Of a stretch of 64,000 nucleotides of DNA, positions 9,535-18,416 are shown piece after piece; the first letter of the stretch is position 1; the number at the start of each line of letters is the position of its first letter. The notes under the pieces are model-generated. The model was given only the letters and a program-made list of their open reading frames with translations. It made no database searches and was not told the origin of the DNA. The position numbers and the translations under genes were made by a program. Source of the stretch: Cenarchaeum sp. (GTDB lineage: Archaea > Thermoproteota > Nitrososphaeria > Nitrososphaerales > Nitrosopumilaceae); NCBI GenBank assembly GCA_965242695.1, contig CBDESU010000001.1, positions 160,001-224,000 of the forward strand, written 5' to 3'.

Positions 9535-12531
9535 CTATGCGGCCGGCCCGCGCGCGCGATCCTGGTCCTTGGCGCCGACCGTCCCGCGTATGGACGGCTC
9601 GAGCGACATGGCCCTCCTCAATACCTTCATCCTGACCGCCACGCACCCGTCCCTGCCGCCAGCTATGAGGCCGCGCCGCCAGCTATCGTCCTCGTCCGCG
9701 ATGCGAATCTCGAGGGGCCCGGCGACCGCCTCGTCGATCCGGTGCCGCACCGCATCCTCCTCCAGGTCCGAGATCGCCGAGAGCGCCGCATCGGATATCT
9801 CGTCGAACGCGGCCGCAAGCATCCTTGTGCATTCTTCCATGCCGTCGGCGGCAAAGTCCGGCACGTGGATGCGAGCCGCGCCGCTGCGCTTTGCCCTGCC
9901 GCGGCCGAGCTGCTGCCTGCCGGCCGCCATCCAGTACGACAGTATGCCGAGAGTCGAGTTGTGCCACATGACGAACGCCTTGCCCGTGTCGGCATCCGGC
10001 AGCAGCAGCGACGGCCAGGCGGTGCCGCCGGCCGTCTTGGCGCCCGTAAACGATGCAAGGAGGGGCTGCGTGGTGTACCTCGGGTCGAGGTTTACGTGCA
10101 CGTGCGATGCCGTCGCCCACATGTCCCTGACACGAGCATCGCTTGCGCCCTTTCTGACGTCCATCGCCTTGTCGGGCGCAAGCAACATCGTCCTCTGCGC
10201 CCTGTGGTCGTTGTTCCACAGCGCGTGGTACTCGGGCACCCCGCCGTCGCCGTCGATGTCGCGGATCGCAAACGGCCCCTTCTGCGCCCTTCCGACCAGC
10301 ATCTGCGAGTCGGGCCCGAACTTGCACAGTTGCCCCAGTGTCGTGAATGCGGCCCCGGCATGCCAGCGCAGCGCGTACGCGGCGCTCACCAGCGCAGGCT
10401 CCCTCACGTTGACGAGCGGCCATGTGGCGCCGTCGCAGCCCCCTTCCACCTCCATCGTCACGGCGTGGCCAATCTTGCGCCTGCCCATCATCAGGGGGGT
10501 CGCGCCGTGCCCCGTCTCCACGGACTTGATCTCCTCGAGGCGCCTTATCGACTCGCCCACGTGGACCCCCTCCACGGCCGTGAGCGGCCGGTCGCGGAGC
10601 GTGACGAATACGGGGCTTGCGGGGACGTCCCCCTCGCGCCTCTTTCTGGCCACCAGCATGACCTCGAGCATTCCCGTGTCCGACGAAAACGCGCCGTCGA
10701 GCCTGCCCATGCGCTCGTTGGCAATGCTCAGGACGGTCGTGTCGTACCCGCCCGCCAGCAGCGCGCGCACCTTCGACCAGCTCTCCCCGCTGGCAATCGT
10801 GGCCGGGAGTATGAGGGCCATGGTCCCTCCAGGCCTTAGCTTCTTGTCGCAGACGGCCACAAAGTACGACCCGAGGCCGGCGTGACCGTGCGCGCACGTC
10901 CCAGCGAACTTCTTGCGCGCCAGCCTTCCCATCGCCTCCTGCTCCCTGTCGGACGCATCGAACGCGGCGAACGGCGCGACGGCATCCCGCCTGCCGCCGT
11001 CCCCCCTCTTGCGCTTGCCGGCCTTTGTGAACGGCGGGTTCATCACTATGAGGTCGAGCGAGCCGTCCATGATGCCGTGGTGCGTGCGCCCCGCCTCGCC
11101 GCTTCCGGTGACCTGCTGGCTCGACTCGAACAGCGTCGTGTCCGAGTCGTCGATCAGGTCGAGCGAGCCGAGCCTGTACTCGGACCTCCCGGGCCCCCAC
11201 CTGCCTATCGGCATGTGGTGTATGTTGGTGTCGCGGATGACCACGCCGGGGTAGACGCCGGCGAGCGACGAGACCGTCATGTGGGCCGCTAGCGGCAGGA
11301 CGTCTAGCCCGCTGATGCAGCTTTTCATGAACTCCTCGTGCACGGCGCTGCCGCTCCCGCCGCCGGCCCCGTACCTGGCGATTATCTGCCTGTACGCGGC
11401 CGCAAGCAGCATGCCGGTGCCGCAGGCCAGGTCTGCCACGCGCAGCGAGAGGATCGACCTCTTGTCCCTCCAGGCGGGATCGCCCACGGGCGGCAGCAAG
11501 ATCGACGCCATCGTCTCGGCCGACTCGGGCAGGGTGTAGTACGTCGCGAGCCTCTCGCGGTCGTCGATCATCCTCTGCAGGACAAGGCCGTACATGTCGG
11601 ACGAGTGGGACAGGTTGTGGGACCTCACAAAGTCCGCGGCGTCAACGAGCCTGTCGATTATCTCCCGGGCTATTCTTATGTCGATCGGCTCGAGCAGCCT
11701 CAGCGCTATGTTGAATATCGGGTAGTAGTTGATGTCGAGCACCTTGCGCCATGCGGCCCTCAGCGCCTCGGCTGTGATGACCCCGTCGACGTCGCGCAGC
11801 TGGCCGATGGACCGCAGGCGGGAGCCGTGGCGGGTCGATGCAATCTCGTCGTAGAACACCATCGCGTTGCTCAGGATGAGGGCGGCCATCTGCCACGTCT
11901 GGGGCGAGGGCGGCTGGTTGAGGAATCTGGCCACCTCGCCCCTCCTCTGCGCGTCAAGCTGCGCGATTTTTTCGCCTATCTCGGCGGAGCTTTGATGAAG
12001 CTTCGAGACGCACTTTTCGACGTTCGACGCGGGGACGGAGACGGTCTGGAGGGTCAGCATGATGTCCGCGAGAGATCCCTCCAGCCAGCCGTCCCCGTCG
12101 GGGTACCGCAGCACGTCCTCCCCTCCCGCGTTGTGCGGCGAGGGGTGCGGCGACTTGGAGGCGTAGCGGCCGTACCGGTCCAGCGAGAATATTGCGTAGC
12201 GCACGTCGTTTGCGCGGCAAAGGTACCTCCTCATGCCGTCCAGGCTCTGGCTCCTGACTTCCCTTGGAATGACGACGGACATGCACGTGCGCACGACATC
12301 CCCGTCCTTCGTGCGCACGCCGATCCTACTGCAGGCGTCCCTTTCGACGCCTCGGCCGGGCGCGAACTCGGTCTCGATGATCACGGGCAGGCGGCCTGCC
12401 TCGTGCACCAGTATGTCTGGCCTGCCGCTTGATATTATCCCCGTCTCCTCCACATGGACGGCGCGGCGCCTGCCCTTCCTGTCTAGGGCCCGCCCGATGA
12501 CGACGTTGAGCGTATTCTCATGCTGCCCCCT
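9535..12531 (-). CDS. Type IIG-like fused restriction endonuclease/N6-adenine methyltransferase, copy A (canonical start codon replaced by AGG; next in-frame start GTG 12453)
   Basis: N-terminal PD..ETE nuclease-like motif, motif I DLACGTG, motif IV MNPPF, C-terminal target-recognition region. Colinear with copy B, whose ATG (15793-15795) aligns to AGG at 12529-12531. Confidence 0.8.
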   Translation of the reverse strand, partial: RGQHENTLNVVIGRALDRKGRRRAVHVEETGIISSGRPDILVHEAGRLPVIIETEFAPGRGVERDACSRIGVRTKDGDVVRTCMSVVIPREVRSQSLDGMRRYLCRANDVRYAIFSLDRYGRYASKSPHPSPHNAGGEDVLRYPDGDGWLEGSLADIMLTLQTVSVPASNVEKCVSKLHQSSAEIGEKIAQLDAQRRGEVARFLNQPPSPQTWQMAALILSNAMVFYDEIASTRHGSRLRSIGQLRDVDGVITAEALRAAWRKVLDINYYPIFNIALRLLEPIDIRIAREIIDRLVDAADFVRSHNLSHSSDMYGLVLQRMIDDRERLATYYTLPESAETMASILLPPVGDPAWRDKRSILSLRVADLACGTGMLLAAAYRQIIARYGAGGGSGSAVHEEFMKSCISGLDVLPLAAHMTVSSLAGVYPGVVIRDTNIHHMPIGRWGPGRSEYRLGSLDLIDDSDTTLFESSQQVTGSGEAGRTHHGIMDGSLDLIVMNPPFTKAGKRKRGDGGRRDAVAPFAAFDASDREQEAMGRLARKKFAGTCAHGHAGLGSYFVAVCDKKLRPGGTMALILPATIASGESWSKVRALLAGGYDTTVLSIANERMGRLDGAFSSDTGMLEVMLVARKRREGDVPASPVFVTLRDRPLTAVEGVHVGESIRRLEEIKSVETGHGATPLMMGRRKIGHAVTMEVEGGCDGATWPLVNVREPALVSAAYALRWHAGAAFTTLGQLCKFGPDSQMLVGRAQKGPFAIRDIDGDGGVPEYHALWNNDHRAQRTMLLAPDKAMDVRKGASDARVRDMWATASHVHVNLDPRYTTQPLLASFTGAKTAGGTAWPSLLLPDADTGKAFVMWHNSTLGILSYWMAAGRQQLGRGRAKRSGAARIHVPDFAADGMEECTRMLAAAFDEISDAALSAISDLEEDAVRHRIDEAVAGPLEIRIADEDDSWRRGLIAGGRDGCVAVRMKVLRRAMSLEPSIRGTVGAKDQDRARGPAA

Positions 12532-12543
12532 GCCGGCCGCACC

Positions 12544-12690
12544 TCAGCGTGGTTGCCCTGTCCGCTGGAATCGGCGACAGGGCATGCCATGCGCCGTGCA
12601 GGCCGATGCGATCGCGGTGGGAACGGCGGGGGGATTGTGCGGCGCCGGGATGGAATCCTGGGCGATCCCTTCGGCGTCGTCTGCCAACAT
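12544..12690 (-). CDS. Putative 48-aa leader ORF upstream of, and in frame with, R-M copy A
   Basis: ATG about 25 nt downstream of TTATATAG. Same length, frame and TGA position as the leader of copy B. Confidence 0.35.
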   Translation of the reverse strand: MLADDAEGIAQDSIPAPHNPPAVPTAIASACTAHGMPCRRFQRTGQPR

Positions 12691-12712
12691 GCAGGGTTGG
12701 GCCCCCTGCCGC

Positions 12713-12722
12713 GCTATATAAC
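12713..12722 (-). promoter_or_regulatory. Archaeal TATA box of R-M copy A unit
   Basis: GGTTATATAGCG on the minus strand, in a block almost identical to 15976-15993. Confidence 0.55.
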
Positions 12723-12774
12723 CATGCACGGCGGGCCTTTGGGCTGCGCCGGACCGCAACGCACCTCGAGCCCA

Positions 12775-12815
12775 CCGCGCCTGTCCGCACCCGCGCCTGT
12801 CCGCACCCGCGCCTG
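12775..12815. repeat. 16-bp tandem repeat CCGCGCCTGTCCGCAC x2.5 at the junction of the duplicated R-M units
   Basis: Units at 12775, 12791 and 12807 (partial) read directly. Confidence 0.8.
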
Positions 12816-12819
12816 CCTG

Positions 12820-15795
12820 TCATGCTGCGGGGCCGCGCCCGCGCTCCCGCTCCCTGGCTCCCGCGATCCCGCGTATGGACGGCTCGAGCGACATGGCCCT
12901 CCTCAGGGCGTCGAGGCGGACGGAGACGGCCCCGCCTTTGCTGGCGGTCACGATGCCGTGCTCGCCCCCGCCGCCCGAGGTGGAGATTCCAAGGGACTCG
13001 GCGACCGCCGTGTCGATCCGGTGCCGCACGGCATCGCCGTCCATGTCCGAGATCGGCAGGAGTGCCGCATCGGACATCCTGTCGAACGCCGCCGCGAGCC
13101 GCCTTGCGCATCCCTCCATGCCGTCCGCGGCAAAGTCGGGCACGTGCATGCGCGCCGCGCCGCTGCGCTTTGTCATGCCGCGGCCGAGCTGCTGCCTGCC
13201 GGCCACCATCCAGTACGACAGTATGCCGAGCGTCGAGTTGTGCCACATGACGAACGCCTTTCCGATGCGCGCATCGCCGATGAGCAGGGCCGGCCACGCC
13301 CGCCCGCCCGCCGTCTTGGCATCTGTGAACGACGCCAGGAGGGACTGGGAGTTGTAGTTGGGATCCAGGTTCACGTGCACGTGCGATGCCGTCGCCCACA
13401 TCTCCCTTACGCGCGCATCACTTGCGCCCTTTTTGACGTCCATCGCCTTGTCGGGCGCGAGCCTCATGGTCCTCTGCGCCTCGTGGTCGTTGTTCCACAG
13501 CGCGTGGTACTCGGGCAGCCTGCCGCCGCGGTCGATGTCGCGGATCGCAAACGGCCCCCTTTGCGCCTTTCCTATGAGCAGCTGCGAGTCCGGCCCGAAC
13601 TCGCACATGCGCCCGAGCTCCGTAAACGTGGCCCGCTCGTGCCCGCGCAGCGCGTGCGCGGCGCCCAGCAGCGCCGGCTCCAGCACGTTGACGAGGGGCC
13701 ACGCGTCCTCCGTATTCATTGTCGCGGCGTGGCCCATCTTCCGCCTGCCCGTCATCAGGGGGGTCGCGCCGTGCCCCTCCTCTATGGCCTTGATCTCCTC
13801 AAGGCGCCTTATGGACTCGCCCATGTGCGCCCCCTCGACGGGCGTGAGCGGGCGGTTGCGGAGGGTGACGAACACGGGCTTCGTGGGGCTGTCTCCCTCG
13901 CGCCTCTTTCTGGCAACCAGCATGACCTCGAGCAGTCCCGTGTCGGATGAAAAGGCGCCCTCGCGCCGGCCCATCTCCTCGTTTGCTATGCTCATGACGG
14001 TCGTGTCGTACTTGTCTCTGAGCAGCGCGCGCACCTTTGACCAGCTTTCCCCGCTCGCGATTGTGGCAAGAAGTATGAGGGCCATTGTCCCGCCCGGCTT
14101 GAGCTTCTTGTCGCAGACGGCCACAAAGTGCGACCCGAGGCCGGCGTGCCCGTGCGCGCACGTGCCGTTGAACTTTCTGCGCGCCAGCCTTCCCATCTCC
14201 TCCTGCTCCCCGTCGGACGCGTCGAACGCGGCAAACGGCGCCACGGCGTCCCACTTGCCGCCCTCGCCCTTCTTGCGCTTGCCGGCCTTTGTGAACGGGG
14301 GATTCATGACTATCAGGTCTAGCGAGGCGTCCGCTATGCCGTGGTGGGTGCGCCCCTTCTCGCCGCTTCCGGTGACCTGGCGGCTCGACTCGAACAGAGT
14401 AGAGTCCGAGTCGTCGATCAGGTCGAGCGAGCCGAGCCGGTACTCGGACTTGCCCGGCCCCCACCTGCCTATCGGCATGTGGTGGATGTTGGTGTCGCGG
14501 ATGATCACGTCGGGGTACACGCCGGCTAGCGACGAGACCGTCATGTGGGCCGCCAGCGGCAGGACGTCGAGCCCGCTGATGCAGTCCCTCATGAACTCCT
14601 CGTGGACGGCGCTGCCGCTCCCGCCGCCGGCCCCGTACCTGGCGATTATCTGCCTGTACGTGGTGGCAAGCAGCATGCCGGTGCCGCAGGCCAGGTCGGC
14701 CACGCGCAGCGAGAGGAGCGACCTCTTGTCCCTCCATGCGGGGTCGCCGGCGGGCGGCAGCACGATCGACGCCATCATCTCGGCCGACTCGGGCAGGGTG
14801 TAGTACGTCGCGAGCCTCTCGCGGTCGCTGATCATCCGCTGCAGGACCAGGCCGTACAGGTCGGACGAGTGGGAGAGGTTGTGGGACTTTATGAAGTCCG
14901 TGGCATCCACGAGCACGTCGATTATCTCTCGGGTCATTCTTATGTTGATCGGCTTGAGCAGCTCTAGGGCAATCTTGAATATGGGGTGGTAGTTGATGCC
15001 GAGCACCTTGCGCCATGCGGCCTTTAGGGTCTCGGTCGTAATGACCCCGCCGTCGTCGCGCAGCTGGTCGATTGACCTGAGGCGGGCGCCGTGGCGGGTT
15101 GACACGATCTCGTCGTAGAACACCATCGCGTTGCTCAGCATGAGGGCGGCCATCTGCCACGTCTGGGGAGAGGCCGGCTGGTTGAGCAATGATGCCAGCT
15201 CTTTCCTTTTGTGCTCGTCAAGGAGCGAGATCTTTTCCCCTATTGCCGTCGAGCTCTGGTGGAGCTTTGAGACGCACTTTTCGATGTTTGACGCGGGGAC
15301 GGAGACGGTCTGGAGGGTCAGCATGATGTCCGCGAGCGATCCCTCCAGCCAGCCGCCCTCGTCGGGGTACCGCAGCACGTCCCCTCCGCCCGAGTTGTGC
15401 GGCGAGGGGTGCCGCGCCCTGGCGGCGTGGCGGCCGTACCGGTCCAGCGAGAATACGGCGTACCGTATGTCGTTTGCGCGGCAAAGGTGCCTCCTCATGC
15501 CGTCCAGGCTCTTGTCCCTGACGTCCCTTGGAATGACGACGGACATGCACGCGCGCACGGCGTCCCCGTACTTTGTGCGGGTGCCGATCCTCTTGCAGGC
15601 GTCCTTTTCGACCCCGCGGCCTGGCGCGAACTCGGTCTCGATGATCACCGGCAGGCGGCCTGCCTCGTGCACCAGTATGTCTGGCCTGCCGCCCGATATT
15701 ATCCCCGTCTCCTCCACATGGACGGCGCGGCGCCTGCCTTTCCTGTCCAGGGCCCGCCCGATGACGACGTTGAGCGTATTCTCGTGCTGCCCCAT
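12820..15795 (-). CDS. Type IIG-like fused restriction endonuclease/N6-adenine methyltransferase, copy B (991 aa, intact)
   Basis: RPDILV..PVIIETEF, DLACGTG and MNPPF motifs. GAGGTG SD-like motif 8 nt before the ATG. Confidence 0.85.
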   Translation of the reverse strand: MGQHENTLNVVIGRALDRKGRRRAVHVEETGIISGGRPDILVHEAGRLPVIIETEFAPGRGVEKDACKRIGTRTKYGDAVRACMSVVIPRDVRDKSLDGMRRHLCRANDIRYAVFSLDRYGRHAARARHPSPHNSGGGDVLRYPDEGGWLEGSLADIMLTLQTVSVPASNIEKCVSKLHQSSTAIGEKISLLDEHKRKELASLLNQPASPQTWQMAALMLSNAMVFYDEIVSTRHGARLRSIDQLRDDGGVITTETLKAAWRKVLGINYHPIFKIALELLKPINIRMTREIIDVLVDATDFIKSHNLSHSSDLYGLVLQRMISDRERLATYYTLPESAEMMASIVLPPAGDPAWRDKRSLLSLRVADLACGTGMLLATTYRQIIARYGAGGGSGSAVHEEFMRDCISGLDVLPLAAHMTVSSLAGVYPDVIIRDTNIHHMPIGRWGPGKSEYRLGSLDLIDDSDSTLFESSRQVTGSGEKGRTHHGIADASLDLIVMNPPFTKAGKRKKGEGGKWDAVAPFAAFDASDGEQEEMGRLARRKFNGTCAHGHAGLGSHFVAVCDKKLKPGGTMALILLATIASGESWSKVRALLRDKYDTTVMSIANEEMGRREGAFSSDTGLLEVMLVARKRREGDSPTKPVFVTLRNRPLTPVEGAHMGESIRRLEEIKAIEEGHGATPLMTGRRKMGHAATMNTEDAWPLVNVLEPALLGAAHALRGHERATFTELGRMCEFGPDSQLLIGKAQRGPFAIRDIDRGGRLPEYHALWNNDHEAQRTMRLAPDKAMDVKKGASDARVREMWATASHVHVNLDPNYNSQSLLASFTDAKTAGGRAWPALLIGDARIGKAFVMWHNSTLGILSYWMVAGRQQLGRGMTKRSGAARMHVPDFAADGMEGCARRLAAAFDRMSDAALLPISDMDGDAVRHRIDTAVAESLGISTSGGGGEHGIVTASKGGAVSVRLDALRRAMSLEPSIRGIAGARERERGRGPAA

Positions 15796-15807
15796 GCCGG
15801 CCGCACC

Positions 15808-15954
15808 TCAGCGTGGACTCCCCGCCTGTAGGGGTTGCAGAATGTGCAAGCCGCGCGCCTTGCAGGCCGGCGCGATCGCAGCGGGAGCGGCGGAGCCGTC
15901 ACGTGACGCTGGGCCGGCATCCCGCGCGATCCCTGCGGCGTTGCCTAGCACCAT
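15808..15954 (-). CDS. Putative 48-aa leader ORF upstream of, and in frame with, R-M copy B
   Basis: ATG about 25 nt downstream of TTATATAG (15977-15984). Its TGA overlaps the GAGGTG motif, 4 codons before the R-M ATG. Confidence 0.35.
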   Translation of the reverse strand: MVLGNAAGIARDAGPASRDGSAAPAAIAPACKARGLHILQPLQAGSPR

Positions 15955-16359
15955 GCAGGGTTGGGCCGCCTGCCGCGCTATATAACCATGCACAGCGGGT
16001 CTTCGGCGCGGGGGCTAGGATCTGATGCCTCTTCCGGATCCTGGGGCCTTTCCCCGACCACTAGGAGGCTCGCCGCGATGCTGAATGCGGCGCGGCCACC
16101 GCCCTTGTTCCAAGCCTGCCGAGGGCGCAACTGGTCCGCGAGTCCGAACGCCTGCCTGCCGGCGGCGCTTTGCCTCTGTCGAGGGGGAATCGCTCGCACA
16201 GGTCGACGGCCGTTCCTTGTCAGGGTTGCGATGCGCCCCCCTCCCCCCGCCTTTCCTCCCTGCGGCGCGCACGCGGCCGGATGCGCAGGGGTGGCGCAGG
16301 CCCCGCCACTTCAGGCCCCTCGGGCAACGCTCAAATCGGCCCCTCCGCGCCCGGCCGCC

Positions 16360-16643
16360 GTGCGAGCCAGAGGACGACTGCTGCCACGGCAGAGGAAACT
16401 CCTCCCTCCACGCAGGATGTGCGGCCCGGAGATGGGCTGCCAGAGATGGCAGGCTCCGGCACAGAAAAGGCATCCGACCCGGCGCACGGTGATGGCGCAA
16501 CGCCTGAGGTTTCCGGCAAGGAATGAAACTGCCGCCCCGCACGGAGCAAGGCCAAAGTGGGCTATGGGATCCTGCGCCCCGTCCGGGTAGGCCGCAAAGC
16601 GCAATGTCGTCGGAACAGAAGGAGGGTTACTCCTGGCACGCAC
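16360..16643 (+). ncRNA. rnpB: RNase P RNA (archaeal type)
   Basis: Universal regions GAGGAAACTCC (~16392), ACAGAAA, GAGCAAG and GAACAGAAGGAGGGTTAC (~16613-16630). P4 AAC(U)CCUCC/GGAGGGUU with bulged U; P2 GACGAC/GTCGTC; P3 hairpin CTGCC-ACG-GCAG; P1 GTGCGAGCCAG../..CTGGCACGCAC. Ends approximate. Confidence 0.9.
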
Positions 16644-16866
16644 ACAAACACGCTGCGCCCTTTTGGCCGCCCGCCAGGGCCCTGGCGCCCTGCTTGAGCT
16701 GCTACTGGACTCGCCCGACGCCAGCGGCGGCGGCGGACTGCGGGCTGAAGGCATCTCCCGTTCATGGCTGGGACCGTCCGCGCCGGCGGCCGAGCCGCCG
16801 TTGAGGCAGTTGGGCAGCGCTTGGGCGCGATGCCGGCTCTGCACCTTCGCCGGCCAGGCTTCCGCG

Positions 16867-18321
16867 CTAGCGCATCTCCGAGACTGCCTGGACGCACGTC
16901 TGCCCCTGGCACGCGCACGACGCATCGCAGAGGCAGTGCAGCTGCATCTCGCAGTCGCACTCGCTGCCGGCATCGGCCGATGCGGCGCAGCCGCACGACG
17001 CCTCGTCGGCCGCGGCGGGGGGAGGAGGGGGGGCAGACTGCTGCGCATCCTGCTGGTAGTCGCCTCCGCTGTACTGCGGCGCCTGCTGCGCCTGCGCCGC
17101 GGAAGGGTCGGACTCGTCGTAGACGCTCCTCGTCTGGCGGTAGTCGGTAGAGTCGCTCAGCTGCGCCTCGGCCCTGTTCGTCTGGTATCCTCCCGAGCTG
17201 GCGCTCGTCTGGTACGCGGTGAGCCTAGACGGGTCGATTCCGGTCTGCTCGCTGCTCTCGCCCTTTAGCTTGCGGTTGCTGAACACAAGGAATGCCCCGC
17301 CGCCGACCGCCGCCAGGCCGGCCATCCCGTAGATTATGGCGACCGGAAAGTCGCCCGTAGACGTCGTCGCGTACCCCTCTGGCGCCGACGGCGTGACGCC
17401 GAGTATCTCGAGCGGGCCGAGGCTGTCCCTGTTTGCAAAGCCGACGACCGACAGCGTCCCAGAGTCTGCCGACTGGACGGCCCTGACGTTGTAGTTGCGG
17501 TCGGCCTCGAACGACGCGTCGAGATCCTCCTCGACCTGCCTACCCTCGCGGAAGCTGCTCTCGCCCATCGTGAACCTGGATACGACGAACCCGCTGATCT
17601 CCTCGCTGATCCCGAACTGCGCCGCATCGACGTTGATGCCGGTCGGGTCGAACAGAAAGTGCCAGTTGTTGTGCGGCTGGTCGCGTATGCCGTCGGCGTC
17701 GATGAGCGGCCTCATCAAGAGCTCCTCGGCCTCTGTCCCGACCATGTAAGAGTGCACCTCGCGCTCGTTCTTGTCGAGCACCGACATGGGGAGGTTGATC
17801 TCGACGCCGTCGATCTCTACGGGGCCCTCTGCCGTCATGCCCCTCCAGCCGATATCGACGAGCCTCTGGCCGGACACGCCGCCCTCTGCGGCGATGTTGT
17901 ACCCCGAGAGGGTGCCGTCAATGTGCACCCTGTAGTCGATGGCGGCAATGATGGACCTGCCGGTCAGGGCGGCGGTGTACTCTACGGACATCTCCTCTAT
18001 GCGCGCGCCGCTGCCGTCGGCGGCGATCTTTTCGTTGAGGCTGTCGCGGAGGGCCACGACATCGGGGTGCGGCGTAGACTCGGCAAGGACGTCCTTCCAG
18101 GCCTCGCCCCTGAGGATGTCGGCTATCGCGCCGCCCTCCTCGTACTCTATGAACACCGTCCTCTGGTACGTCATGCTGAACGGCGAGGTCTCGTCGCTCG
18201 GGTTGATGAACGCGTCAAGCTGCGCCGCCTGCGCCTCCTGCGAGGCGCCTCCTGCGGCCGCCAAGGCGGCGACGGCAGCTGCCAGCGCAGCCATGCCCGC
18301 AAGTGCCGCGGCCCGCGCCAT
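16867..18321 (-). CDS. Conserved thaumarchaeal membrane-anchored protein with Cys-rich C-terminal tail
   Basis: Signal peptide, acidic ectodomain, TM helix IIYGMAGLAAVGGGAFLVF, and a cytoplasmic tail with four CxC motifs. Confidence 0.75.
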   Translation of the reverse strand: MARAAALAGMAALAAAVAALAAAGGASQEAQAAQLDAFINPSDETSPFSMTYQRTVFIEYEEGGAIADILRGEAWKDVLAESTPHPDVVALRDSLNEKIAADGSGARIEEMSVEYTAALTGRSIIAAIDYRVHIDGTLSGYNIAAEGGVSGQRLVDIGWRGMTAEGPVEIDGVEINLPMSVLDKNEREVHSYMVGTEAEELLMRPLIDADGIRDQPHNNWHFLFDPTGINVDAAQFGISEEISGFVVSRFTMGESSFREGRQVEEDLDASFEADRNYNVRAVQSADSGTLSVVGFANRDSLGPLEILGVTPSAPEGYATTSTGDFPVAIIYGMAGLAAVGGGAFLVFSNRKLKGESSEQTGIDPSRLTAYQTSASSGGYQTNRAEAQLSDSTDYRQTRSVYDESDPSAAQAQQAPQYSGGDYQQDAQQSAPPPPPAAADEASCGCAASADAGSECDCEMQLHCLCDASCACQGQTCVQAVSEMR

Positions 18322-18416
18322 GCCGGCGCCCCGCTAGCGGCGGTAATAAAGGTAGCCGCCCGCGCGGGGGCGCGGAAGGGTAATAAGCGCCCCGGCCCGC
18401 CGCACAGTCCTAGCGT

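Noticed and set aside
16015-16804. Several 70-245 aa ORFs
   Set aside because: They overlap the RNase P RNA, and their Arg/Pro/Ala-rich translations are typical high-GC shadow ORFs.
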